Origin: a virus
IMG/VR virus record: IMGVR_UViG_2820089333_000004
Coordinates: 12,344-76,343 of that record
Length of the DNA: 64,000 nucleotides
Reading direction: 5' to 3' (one strand)
Positions 18,692-27,556 of the stretch are shown here, piece by piece. Both the position numbers and the translations under genes were made by a program. A model generated the notes under the pieces. The model had not been told where the DNA came from. It did not search any database and worked only from the letters and a program-made list of their open reading frames with translations. Each line of letters opens with the position of its first letter. Positions within the stretch are counted from its first letter, which is position 1.

Positions 18692-19564
18692 ATGCTCATC
18701 TATCTTCTGACCAACATTCGTAACGGTAAGGTTTATGTCGGTCAAACAAAATCGCTCGATGGTCGGATGCGGCGTCACTTGAACGAGGTGCGTCGTGGCA
18801 CTAACCGCCACTTGTATGACGCGATTCGCAAGTATGGAGCTGATGTGTTCCGTGTCGAGGTGATCGAGAAAGTGTCCGACCTAGAAGCTGACGACGCCGA
18901 GTGCATGTGGATTGAATTCTACAGCTCGAACAATCGTGAGTTTGGCTACAACATGACGAAGGGCGGTGGAGGCGGTGACACCTTTACCAACCACCCAAAA
19001 AAGGAAGAAATCCGAAAGAAGCATCAAGCGCGAGAATGGACGGGAGAGCAGCGCGAGAAGTTTTCCGCCTCGATGGTAGGTAGAAAACGCGAGCCGTTCT
19101 CCAAAGAGTGGAGAGAGAAGATTCGTCAGAGCCTTATTGAATCAGGTTGCCGCCCTCCGATCAATTCGATGCCAGGAGAGTTGCATCCCATGTGGGGCAA
19201 AGCTCATTCGGAAGAAGCGAAGGCGAAAATCTCGGCAGCGCGAATGGGTAAGACTTACGAGCAGATTTTTGGCGAAAAGAAGGCGGCGGCGATGCGTGAG
19301 GCGAAGCGTCAAAAATATGTCGGGCCTGGCAATCCATTCTTCAAAGAGATGCCGATGCGAGAAATTTTGTTGGCGCTTATCGCTGAACCGAATCTGAAAA
19401 TGGACTCGCTTGCCAAGCAATTCAGAGTGTCGCGTCCAACGGTAAGTAAAAGACTGCGCGATTTGTTCGCCTGCGAGAACCTGCAAAGGCTCCGGGAGTG
19501 CGTATCGCCAGAAGAGTTTCAACAGCTTTGCAAGGAGAAAGTCAATGCAATGGAAGTTGCGTAA
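18692..19564 (+). mobile_element. GIY-YIG homing endonuclease with NUMOD3-like repeats and C-terminal HTH, inside the RNA ligase gene
   Basis: IYLLTNIRNGKVYVGQT..R...H; GYNMTKGG; HPMWGKAHSEEAKAKISAA. Confidence 0.92.
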
Positions 19565-20396
19565 TTTGGAAACAAGCGAAGATCGTATCTTTAACATTGG
19601 CGAGGACGCTGCTGAGTTCCTGGGTATCGTCAAACACGAGCCGTCGCTGCCTTCGCACATGCGGGGCAAGATCGTTGGTGTGGATCTGGACGCGACGGCC
19701 CAATACAACTTCGACAATCTCAAGAAAACGCCGAAGTTGTTCGACGATGGCGAGGATGTTGTCATTACCGAAAAGATTCACGGCACGTTCATGCAGATCG
19801 GTGTCGTGCCTTCGCGCATGGCGAACGAGAAATATTTCGCTGGCCGCGTGATTGTTTCAAGCAAGGGCATGGGCGCAAGGGGTTTCGTTCTCGATCACAA
19901 TGACGATACCAACCTTTACGCACAAGCGGCCAAGAAGCATGGGCTGCTCGAAGCAATGCTCGACACTTTTGGCGATGCTGCTGACCGTCAGAATGCCCCG
20001 ATTTTCATCTTCGGCGAGGTTTTTGGTCGAACCAACAGCGGCGCCGGAGTGCAGGACTTGACCTACGCCGACGAAGTGCTGGACTTCCGGGCGTTCGACA
20101 TCGCTGTTGGGAATCGCGGCGCGGAGCGCTACCTGGACTTTGATCACTTTGCCGCCTACTGCGACAAGATCAAGGTGCCGCATGTGCCGGTGTTGTATCG
20201 CGGCCCTTACTCAAAGGCTACCGTTCTTGAACACACCGATGGCAACACCACGCTTTCGGACAAAAAGCAGATTCGGGAAGGCGTCGTGGTGAAGTCGGCG
20301 GTCGAGTCCAGACACTCGCTGTTCGGTCGCAAGATCGCCAAGAGCATCAGTGAGGCTTACTTGCTGCGGAAAGGAAACGCAACTGAGTTCAACTAA
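19545..20396 (+). CDS. RNA ligase (DRB0094/Rnl2-like), catalytic C-terminal fragment
   Basis: GEDAAEFLGIVKHEP, motif I TEKIHGT, FGEVFG, AFDI, REGVVVK, KSISEAYLL; AAGGAG RBS inside endonuclease gene. Confidence 0.88.
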   Translation: MQWKLRNLETSEDRIFNIGEDAAEFLGIVKHEPSLPSHMRGKIVGVDLDATAQYNFDNLKKTPKLFDDGEDVVITEKIHGTFMQIGVVPSRMANEKYFAGRVIVSSKGMGARGFVLDHNDDTNLYAQAAKKHGLLEAMLDTFGDAADRQNAPIFIFGEVFGRTNSGAGVQDLTYADEVLDFRAFDIAVGNRGAERYLDFDHFAAYCDKIKVPHVPVLYRGPYSKATVLEHTDGNTTLSDKKQIREGVVVKSAVESRHSLFGRKIAKSISEAYLLRKGNATEFN

Positions 20397-20456
20397 CTGG
20401 CCGAGCTTGCTTTGGCCGTGTGATATAGTCAGTCCTTACTAGACAAAGGAGAAGTT

Positions 20457-20672
20457 ATGGCAGTAGAGGAAAACGAGATAGGTTTTCATTCGGCGCTCGA
20501 ACACATCGTCGGCGCAATGGGTATGAGCGCGAAGGAGGCGGAAGCCTTCTTGAAGAGCAAGCTGGCCGATGGCTCGCTGTCGCTGACCGGCGATGACGGA
20601 CTTCATCTGACCCCGGCGCAGTTTGCTGAACGGGTTGCCGCGCTGCCCGATGCCGAAGCGGTGTCGGCATGA
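20457..20672 (+). CDS. hypothetical protein
   Basis: AAGGAG RBS after operator at 20426. Confidence 0.7.
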   Translation: MAVEENEIGFHSALEHIVGAMGMSAKEAEAFLKSKLADGSLSLTGDDGLHLTPAQFAERVAALPDAEAVSA

Positions 20673-20741
20673 TCGTCGGTGGTGGAAACTCGACACCACT
20701 GATTAACTTGCCGAGATAACGCCTGTTTCGACGCTTTAGTA

Positions 20742-20776
20742 TAGCGGTTAATCGGTCAATGACTGATTAACCGCTA
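20742..20776. repeat. 35-bp near-perfect palindrome
   Basis: TAGCGGTTAATCGGTCA-a-TGACTGATTAACCGCTA, one G/T mismatch. Confidence 0.9.
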
Positions 20777-20816
20777 AATCAAATCGTTGAAACTGTTTTA
20801 TGGAAAGGATAAAGAG

Positions 20817-21215
20817 ATGGGGACGCAATCTGTGACTGCTGTTTATGGCGAATACGATGACACGCTGGTCAGGATGTGTCACCAGTGTGACGGCTCGCCT
20901 AGTGAGCATGGTCTTGAATTGGCCGAATTTCTCGACGGAAAGAAGTTTGTGGACGGCTTTGGTTTCGGCGAGGAAAGGGAAAACACCTTCAATGGCGAGG
21001 GTGATCTGGCCGCGCAGATTGTGGCTCATTTCAAGAAGGGGCCGGGTGGCGTTTATCTGATTGCGGACGAGTGTTTTGGCGAGGAGTTTAGTTATCACAT
21101 TCGCTTGATTGTTGATTATCTGGAGATTACCGTGATTGATCGTGATGGCCTCGATATTTTTACGGGTAACGTGGCCGAGTTCAAGTTTTGGTGCCAAGAG
21201 GCGAAAGCAAAATGA
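20817..21215 (+). CDS. hypothetical phage protein
   Basis: MGTQS..HQCDGSPSEHGLELAEFL conserved-looking N-terminus. Confidence 0.7.
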   Translation: MGTQSVTAVYGEYDDTLVRMCHQCDGSPSEHGLELAEFLDGKKFVDGFGFGEERENTFNGEGDLAAQIVAHFKKGPGGVYLIADECFGEEFSYHIRLIVDYLEITVIDRDGLDIFTGNVAEFKFWCQEAKAK

Positions 21216-21322
21216 CTGAAACGATCCTGATCTTTACCGATGGTGCCGTCACAAGTCACGAAATTGCACTCATGGCTCGCGCCATCATCTTTGACGTAAC
21301 AGGAGATGCGCAGTGGGCTTGA
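21212..21322 (+). CDS. 36-aa micro-ORF
   Basis: ATGA coupling upstream, overlaps exonuclease start. Confidence 0.45.
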   Translation: MTETILIFTDGAVTSHEIALMARAIIFDVTGDAQWA

Positions 21323-21912
21323 GAATCATCGGGCTGGACACCGAAACAACCGGGCTGAAACAGGAGCTTGGACATCGCATCATCGAGATCGCCATGCTGA
21401 CCTACGATTCGGACAGCCGCAAGCTGGTGGATAGGTGGGTTCAGCGCATCGACCCGGAGCGGCCCATTGATCCCGCTGCGCAGGAGGTGCACGGTATTGC
21501 CTACACCGATCTGGTTGGCTGCCCGAAATGGGACGAGGTGGCGCCGGAGATCGTTCGTCGCATGGGCGAGGCTGACCTGCTGGTGGCGCACAACATGGGT
21601 TTTGATGGCCCGTTCGTCGCTGCCGAGTTGATTCGGGTCGGCTTGCGAGTGCCGAATACGCCCTCTGTCTGCACGATGGAAAGCGCCCGATGGGCTTGCC
21701 CCGATGGGAAGCTGCCCCGTTTAGGCGAGCTGTGTTTTGCGCTGGGCGTCAGGTATGACGCGGCCAAAGCACACAGCGCAATATACGACGTGGACATTAT
21801 GATGGAGTGCTTGTTTCGCGGTTTGAAACGCGGCTTCTACAGGCTGCCGGAGGTTGAGTGTAACGCCAGCTCCTTTCGCAACTGTCACGATGCTGAATTG
21901 AAGGCGGCATAA
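21313..21912 (+). CDS. DEDDh 3'-5' exonuclease (DnaQ/epsilon-like)
   Basis: LDTETTG, VAHNMGFD, AHSAIYD. Confidence 0.92.
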   Translation: MGLRIIGLDTETTGLKQELGHRIIEIAMLTYDSDSRKLVDRWVQRIDPERPIDPAAQEVHGIAYTDLVGCPKWDEVAPEIVRRMGEADLLVAHNMGFDGPFVAAELIRVGLRVPNTPSVCTMESARWACPDGKLPRLGELCFALGVRYDAAKAHSAIYDVDIMMECLFRGLKRGFYRLPEVECNASSFRNCHDAELKAA

Positions 21913-21913
21913 G

Positions 21914-22186
21914 GTGAGGCTCGACAACTACACGGACGATGAGCTTGAGCGCCTGTCTTTTCATTCCGGCAACGAGCTTGCGCAGGAATTGGCACTCCGC
22001 TACTCCCGAAAGGATGACGAAATTGCCGACAAGGAACAAGAGATCGAGGTTCTGGAGCGCGATCTTGAGATAAAAGCGGAGCAGGTTTCATTCGCGCAGG
22101 AGCTTGTAAACAAAATCCGCGAAGCCTTCGAGTGCCACACGACCGCCAAAGAGTTGCGTGGCGAAATTAAAAGGCTGTTGGGTTAA
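21914..22186 (+). CDS. hypothetical coiled-coil protein
   Basis: TAAGG RBS, GTG start. Confidence 0.6.
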   Translation: MRLDNYTDDELERLSFHSGNELAQELALRYSRKDDEIADKEQEIEVLERDLEIKAEQVSFAQELVNKIREAFECHTTAKELRGEIKRLLG

Positions 22187-22216
22187 ACCTTTTTTCGAGT
22201 TTTGAGAGGAGCAGCG

Positions 22217-22579
22217 ATGAAAGTCAAAACAATAGAATTGATAGGCGCGGCGCTCGATTGGGCGGTGTTGGTCGCCATGTATGGGAAACACGACCCGAGC
22301 AACAAAAGGCATATCGAGCATTTCAAGGAAATACGGGAATGCCACCTATTGCGCCAACAAGCACGATTCTCTGAAAGATGGGAACACGGCGGCCCGATTA
22401 TCGAGCGCGAGAGAATCAGCATGATAAAAGCGCCTGGAAATATCTGGTCAGCGACCATTGTTCTGGCAAGCGGATTTGTTGTTATGCGGATTCACGACAA
22501 CCCTCTCGTTGCCGCCATGCGCTGCTACGTTGCGGCAAAACTTGGCGACGTGGTGGAAATACCAGAGGAGTTGTGTTGA
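22217..22579 (+). CDS. DUF2591/NinX-like phage protein
   Basis: LIGAALDWAV..W.HGGPIIERE.IS..PLVAAMRCYVAAKLG. Confidence 0.85.
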   Translation: MKVKTIELIGAALDWAVLVAMYGKHDPSNKRHIEHFKEIRECHLLRQQARFSERWEHGGPIIERERISMIKAPGNIWSATIVLASGFVVMRIHDNPLVAAMRCYVAAKLGDVVEIPEELC

Positions 22580-22649
22580 CGACAGAGCGGTGCCTGATAC
22601 CGAGCGATAGCATTCAAATCATAGCAACCAACAACGAAAGGGAAAGTAA

Positions 22650-23099
22650 ATGAATGCTAAATTGGGTCAGGCAAGACGACATCTGATGAACGATGAACTT
22701 CTTGCAAAGTTCATGCCCCTTCAACAACGCCTGTCTTTGCGCGAACAGCTTGAAGGCGAAGAGGGTGACTTCTTCGTCCAGAAGGTGCTGGAGATTGCCG
22801 ACATTATTCGCGGAACGCCGGTTACGTATGGCACCGAAGATGTCGACACGGAGGACAAGGTGCTGCGCCTGCACTACTTCATGGGCGGCGTCGATGCTTG
22901 GATCGTCGAGCGGGACGTTGGTGACACGCCAGCCGAGAACGGTGAAGGCGAGCAGATACAAGCATACGGGAAATGCACGCTCTTTGGCGGTGGGTGGCGC
23001 GAGGCGGAATGGGGTTACATCTCGATTCAGAAACTGATTGAGAACGGCGTCGAGCTTGACCTGTATTGGACGCCCAGGACCTGCAAGGAGATGAAATGA
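22650..23099 (+). CDS. DUF2958-like protein
   Basis: TYGTE..DKVLRLHYFMGGVDAWIVERD..AEWGYISI.KL. Confidence 0.7.
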   Translation: MNAKLGQARRHLMNDELLAKFMPLQQRLSLREQLEGEEGDFFVQKVLEIADIIRGTPVTYGTEDVDTEDKVLRLHYFMGGVDAWIVERDVGDTPAENGEGEQIQAYGKCTLFGGGWREAEWGYISIQKLIENGVELDLYWTPRTCKEMK

Positions 23100-23212
23100 A
23101 TACGGTTGACGGGCAAGCCCTGTGGTCTTTGTGGTCTTGGCGCTGGTCGTTCGCCAGGGGCTGGCGATGGGCACATGAGCGGCATTGCGCCAACAGCACA
23201 AAGAATGAGTGA
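23096..23212 (+). CDS. 38-aa Trp-rich micro-ORF
   Basis: AAGGAG RBS, ATGA and TGATG couplings; MNTVDGQALWSLWSWRWSFARGWRWAHERHCANSTKNE. Confidence 0.5.
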   Translation: MNTVDGQALWSLWSWRWSFARGWRWAHERHCANSTKNE

Positions 23213-23310
23213 TGAAGGTTTTCCAGCAATGTGAGCCGGACGTGCTTTTCGCCTTGAAGAAAGGCAATGGAAAGCCGCCAAAGCCAAAAGACCACAGGGA
23301 GCAATCATGA
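23212..23310 (+). CDS. 32-aa micro-ORF
   Basis: coupled on both sides (TGATG, ATGA). Confidence 0.45.
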   Translation: MKVFQQCEPDVLFALKKGNGKPPKPKDHREQS

Positions 23311-23759
23311 CCAAGTATTTCGGACGCGACGGACGCGCTATTCATCGTCACGAGTGGAGTCGCCTGCTAGGCGACCACAGCTATAGTGTCGTCCGCGAAT
23401 ACGACAATGGCGAGGTATTTGTCCGTCTGCGTTGGCATGGCGAGGTTAGTGACCCCAATATTTTTCGGGACTGCTGGAATCTCTTTTTGCTTACCGTTGG
23501 CAACTACAACGCCGTCGGCGAACTGAAAGCCGATCCGGTCGAGAACGGCAAATGGTTCGCTTACGAGGAAGATGGCATCAAAGCCTACGAAGCGTTCCTG
23601 ACTCGCTGGACGCCGTGTTGCATTGACGCTGACGGCAGGTTTGAGGAGTGCGACAACACGCTAGCGCCACCACCGCCACCAAACCCTGACGTGCCTGTGA
23701 CCGACATATTGACGCTCGCGTGCCTAAAGCTCGGCGATGACGACGTTGGTGTCTGGTGA
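23307..23759 (+). CDS. hypothetical protein
   Basis: AGGGAG RBS. Confidence 0.7.
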   Translation: MTKYFGRDGRAIHRHEWSRLLGDHSYSVVREYDNGEVFVRLRWHGEVSDPNIFRDCWNLFLLTVGNYNAVGELKADPVENGKWFAYEEDGIKAYEAFLTRWTPCCIDADGRFEECDNTLAPPPPPNPDVPVTDILTLACLKLGDDDVGVW

Positions 23760-23850
23760 TTGGACAAATCAAATCGGTTATATCGGTGCCTGACATCAGG
23801 TTTCATCATTTCGTTACTGCGTTTTGCAGCGATTACGAAAGGGAAGCCAA

Positions 23851-24186
23851 ATGTCCAAAGCTCTTGTTCGCGTCAGAACCACACGCCACCCAATCAGCGA
23901 AGAAGTTATCGGTTTTCGCCTCGAAGCTGCTATTCCAAACAGCGACGGTCGCATCATGAAGGTTCGCCATGATGCGAATGGAAAAGCAGACAGTTTTTAC
24001 GCAACAAAAGAAGAGGCGCCGAGTTTTCGCAAGCCTTTCTTTATCGAGGAAAGCTCCGACTACAGCCTGATCGACGAGCGCAAGCTGGAACGGTTTGTCA
24101 GCAATTTGAAATGGCAGGGCTACGATGAATTCGAGTTGGTTGGCAAGTATCAGGGCGAGCCGCTGGCTGCGCAGTTCGTTGTTTGA
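23851..24186 (+). CDS. hypothetical protein
   Basis: GAAAGGG RBS, promoter at 23788. Confidence 0.7.
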   Translation: MSKALVRVRTTRHPISEEVIGFRLEAAIPNSDGRIMKVRHDANGKADSFYATKEEAPSFRKPFFIEESSDYSLIDERKLERFVSNLKWQGYDEFELVGKYQGEPLAAQFVV

Positions 24187-24194
24187 CCGGCAGC

Positions 24195-24224
24195 AGAGGG
24201 CATCTGACGGGTGCCTTCTTTTTG
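24195..24224 (+). terminator. intrinsic terminator
   Basis: GGGCATC-tgac-GGGTGCC stem then T-run. Confidence 0.6.
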
Positions 24225-24279
24225 TGCGTGACCAACTCCTTGGCGTGGTTGGTGGGCTGGGCGGCCCGGGCGCCCAAGG

Positions 24280-24302
24280 TTATCCACAGATTTTGTGGAT
24301 AG
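24280..24302. promoter_or_regulatory. inverted pair of DnaA boxes
   Basis: TTATCCACA (consensus) + 5 nt + TGTGGATAG (1 mismatch). Confidence 0.6.
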
Positions 24303-24592
24303 GTTCGACGCCAGTGTCATATCCTGCTTTTGTGGTGTATTCGCGCACGCGCATATGTTTGTTTACAGAGGGCCAATATCCTCGCGGAGTTGCCTGTCAA
24401 GTCGATTGTTGTGCCTGTGTTCAGACTTAATAATGTGTTTGTCGCGCAGCAATGAAGTGAATGAAATTAAAGCAGTTAGGCAAAGTTAAAAGGTTTCCAG
24501 TGATTTGATACTGCCGCCTGAAACTAACTGCAATAATTCAATCATCGCAGAGCAAAGCGATAAACCACAAACCACTACGAAGGGAATAAATC

Positions 24593-25432
24593 ATGAACAC
24601 GCACGAAATCAACCTGTCGGCCAATACAGACGACGCCCTGATCGCGTCGATGCTCGATAACATTGGCGACGACGAAACTCTCACGCTGTTTGACGACGAC
24701 GAAATCAACGCTAGTGGCGTGATCGGTCTGGATGACGACGCCGCTATTGAAGCGGCGGTCGCCGCCATCGAGAAAGCCGAAGCGATCCAGGAACTCTACA
24801 GCGAGGAAGGCGATGCGGCTGCCAATGAACCTGCCTTCGAAGCTGACGTGCCGAAGCCCGCAAAGGCGGCGAAAGAGAAGAAGGCAAAAGCACCGAAGGA
24901 GCCGAAGCCCGCGAAGGAACCGAAAGCGCCCGCTGTGCGCTACAACGGTCGCCGGTCGAATACCTCCGACGTGCTGAAGGCACGACTCGGCGAAAAGGCG
25001 AACGAAATGCTGATCCTCGAAGTTGAAGATGCCAGCCTGTCGCCCGCCGATCTTGAAGCCAAGCAGAGCGAACTGCTGGCGCTGTTGAACACCAGACCGG
25101 GCAGCGATGGCGCCTCCAGCCAGCAGAAGGTAGCTGAGAAGGTGGTGATGTTGTTCAACTGGCTCAAGAATGGCGGCACTTTGAACCGGGTAATGGACAT
25201 CACATTCCGCCTCTTGATCAAGGACGGCGAGATTCAGTCTGGCGAGAAGGGCAATCTTTGGACGGCCCTTCTTGCGAAGCCCTACAGCAAGGGAACAACC
25301 AGCGCACAAGGCGGGCAGATGATGAGCATGTTGCCCATGCTCAAGATCGCCACGAAGGGCGACAAGGGCAGGTTGATCGCCAACCCGAACAGCATGGTGT
25401 TGATGGCAGTGAAGGCGCAACTGGGTCTGTAA
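24593..25432 (+). CDS. hypothetical protein: acidic N-terminus, Lys/Pro/Ala linker, probable DNA-binding C-terminus
   Basis: GAAGGG RBS, two upstream GCCTG promoters. Confidence 0.75.
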   Translation: MNTHEINLSANTDDALIASMLDNIGDDETLTLFDDDEINASGVIGLDDDAAIEAAVAAIEKAEAIQELYSEEGDAAANEPAFEADVPKPAKAAKEKKAKAPKEPKPAKEPKAPAVRYNGRRSNTSDVLKARLGEKANEMLILEVEDASLSPADLEAKQSELLALLNTRPGSDGASSQQKVAEKVVMLFNWLKNGGTLNRVMDITFRLLIKDGEIQSGEKGNLWTALLAKPYSKGTTSAQGGQMMSMLPMLKIATKGDKGRLIANPNSMVLMAVKAQLGL

Positions 25433-25529
25433 CCAGACAAGGCAGGGTGAAACCCTGTCCAAAACCGAACCGATTGTGACATCCAGTCGGTTCTATTTTG
25501 GACACAACACAATACGATCAGGAGTAGAA

Positions 25530-25694
25530 ATGAACAAGAAACAAAAGGTTGCTTACCGCGTCTGGCCCGATGGCACTGTGCAGAGTGTCGATGACGGGTC
25601 AGCGTTTGACTGGATGAGCGACGACTACGCAATTATCAACGCGAACAGCGAAGAAGAGGCGATTGAGCTTGCGAAATGGATGCAATCGCTATGA
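25530..25694 (+). CDS. small hypothetical protein
   Basis: AGGAG RBS; ATGA coupling. Confidence 0.65.
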   Translation: MNKKQKVAYRVWPDGTVQSVDDGSAFDWMSDDYAIINANSEEEAIELAKWMQSL

Positions 25695-26038
25695 ATCTTG
25701 AAGCGCTGAACAAATTATCCACCGAAGGGCTGATAAAGTTGAAGGACGGTATCGACACCGTGCTAGCGAGCCGCCTCGATACCGCGCCCAAAGTCGGGCG
25801 CTTGGCCGACTTCGAGTGCAGTAAGAGTGGCGCGACCGTCACGGTTGTCATCAACAGGATCAATGGGAAGTCGGTCAGTTGCACCGAGACTGGCACATCG
25901 GTCAAACCCGGTCGCAAGTGGCGTGTTGATCCTGGCTTTCTCAAGGTTCGCCCGGTGGAGAAGCGGGCGTCGGAACCGCCTCGTTTTGCGCCCGCACCAA
26001 AGCCTCACGTCCCGACAGGAGCGGGCGACTTCTGGTAG
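25691..26038 (+). CDS. hypothetical protein (SH3-like C-terminal half)
   Basis: TVVINRINGKSVSC.E..GRKWRVDPGFL. Confidence 0.65.
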   Translation: MNLEALNKLSTEGLIKLKDGIDTVLASRLDTAPKVGRLADFECSKSGATVTVVINRINGKSVSCTETGTSVKPGRKWRVDPGFLKVRPVEKRASEPPRFAPAPKPHVPTGAGDFW

Positions 26039-26084
26039 AAGGATTTAGTCTTACCTCTCGTGGTTGGTGTCTTAGCGCACCTTT

Positions 26085-26114
26085 AAGGACGGGCTTCGGC
26101 TCGTCCTTCTTTTT
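26085..26114 (+). terminator. intrinsic terminator with UUCG loop
   Basis: AAGGACGGGC-TTCG-GCTCGTCCTT + T-run. Confidence 0.75.
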
Positions 26115-26422
26115 GACCGTATTGGGCCAAGGCAGCGAGTGGTTTCGTGATCGGTTCCTGTGTTCGCCCGCACACCACTACCGAACGAACGTTAGGCACC
26201 GCAAAACAACTCGCACAATCGCGCTACAAGCGATTGGATTGCAGCGGTTGATACAGAGACACTACCGCTCGCTTCCTGCGCTCACAGCGCGATTGTGAAG
26301 GGTTCGCCAGTGTGTCTATCTGCGCCGGTGCTAAAGTAAGGATTGACTATAATTTCCGCGCAACTTCCTGCTTTCAGACGACAGAATTTGGTTGTCACAC
26401 AAAAACGACGAAAGGTAATCAC

Positions 26423-26686
26423 ATGGCTTCAGGGGCTTCGCTCAAGAGGATCGTCAAAGCCGACGCTTCGCACTGCGCTGGCGTCTCGATCAAAGTTTGT
26501 CGGCGGCTGCCGACCGTCACCATCACGGACGATGCTGGCGAGCGCGAGGACATCTTCATGCAAGGCAACGACGCAGAAAGCTTCATCAGCGAGTTCGACA
26601 GGCTGGTCAACAGAGCGCCCGACATGTTGTTCGAGGATGCGCTCAAGCACCTGGCGAAACCATATGTCGAATGTATTTGGAGATAA
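26423..26686 (+). CDS. hypothetical protein
   Basis: GAAAGG RBS after operator-promoter at 26334. Confidence 0.7.
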   Translation: MASGASLKRIVKADASHCAGVSIKVCRRLPTVTITDDAGEREDIFMQGNDAESFISEFDRLVNRAPDMLFEDALKHLAKPYVECIWR

Positions 26687-26690
26687 CACA

Positions 26691-26981
26691 ATGTGCCAAA
26701 TAATTCTTTATAGCTACCACATCAACCTCAACGAGCGTGGCAGCTTCTATGCCGACGTGCGCGATGCCGCCGATCAAACCGTGTTCGAGATTCGCGCCGG
26801 AAATGAACTTGGCGACGATGAGAGGGACATTTTTGAGCTTGGTTTCATGCGCAACGCCTACGACATGTCCGGTCTGACAACGTATCTGCACAATCTTGGC
26901 GTAATTCCAAAAGATGGGATGGTGGTGCTGGAATGCGAGCTTGACCTTTGGAACGACTACATCAGAAGGAACGAGCAATGA
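26691..26981 (+). CDS. hypothetical protein
   Basis: GGAG RBS. Confidence 0.65.
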   Translation: MCQIILYSYHINLNERGSFYADVRDAADQTVFEIRAGNELGDDERDIFELGFMRNAYDMSGLTTYLHNLGVIPKDGMVVLECELDLWNDYIRRNEQ

Positions 26982-27280
26982 GAATGACCTACTACATGCC
27001 CTACACCGGCCTGGAAAACATTTCCGACGAAGAATTGGAAGTTCAAATCGAACAATCGCAGCCAGACAACCTGTTGGCTCGTGAACTACTGCGTCGTTTC
27101 TTGGCTCGATACGCCGAGAACGAGTTCGACGAACTGACAGAACGCGCCGAAAACGCTGAAGAGCTTGTCGCTGACAAGGAAGAGGACATCAAAGAGCTTG
27201 AGGAGGAAATTAAAACCCTCAAGGCAAAGATCAAAGCCATCGAGAAAGACTGCAAAAGCAGCGCAAGCGCCTGTTTTTGA
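26978..27280 (+). CDS. acidic coiled-coil hypothetical protein
   Basis: ATGA coupling; similar in style to 21914 ORF (xxDEELE..L.RELxxR). Confidence 0.65.
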   Translation: MRMTYYMPYTGLENISDEELEVQIEQSQPDNLLARELLRRFLARYAENEFDELTERAENAEELVADKEEDIKELEEEIKTLKAKIKAIEKDCKSSASACF

Positions 27281-27325
27281 CGGTTACGATAACCATATCG
27301 ACAACAACCGCGAAAGATAAAGCAA

Positions 27326-27556
27326 ATGACGCTTACCTATATCGAGACTCCGGCGCCTGACTACTTCCATTTCGAGCGAGAATTGGATGCAATCGTTGAG
27401 CTTGCTACCTCACCGGATTTTGCGTGGTGCACCAGCCTGCAAGAGCTTCGCGTGAAGATCGACAAAGCTTTGAGCGACCGCGCCATAACCCAACGCGAAT
27501 GGAACAGCTTGGTCAGGCGTAGTGCCAATATTCAGGACATGCTCAATGGCGACTAG
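27326..27556 (+). CDS. hypothetical protein
   Basis: promoter at 27269. Confidence 0.65.
   Translation: MTLTYIETPAPDYFHFERELDAIVELATSPDFAWCTSLQELRVKIDKALSDRAITQREWNSLVRRSANIQDMLNGD

Noticed and set aside
18678-19544. Group I intron or intein in the RNA ligase
   Set aside because: Only 14 nt of non-coding flank, an in-frame stop, and an independent RBS for the second half
20742-20776. Protelomerase (tel/tos) site
   Set aside because: Shorter than the N15-type site, no protelomerase in the window, and located at a promoter
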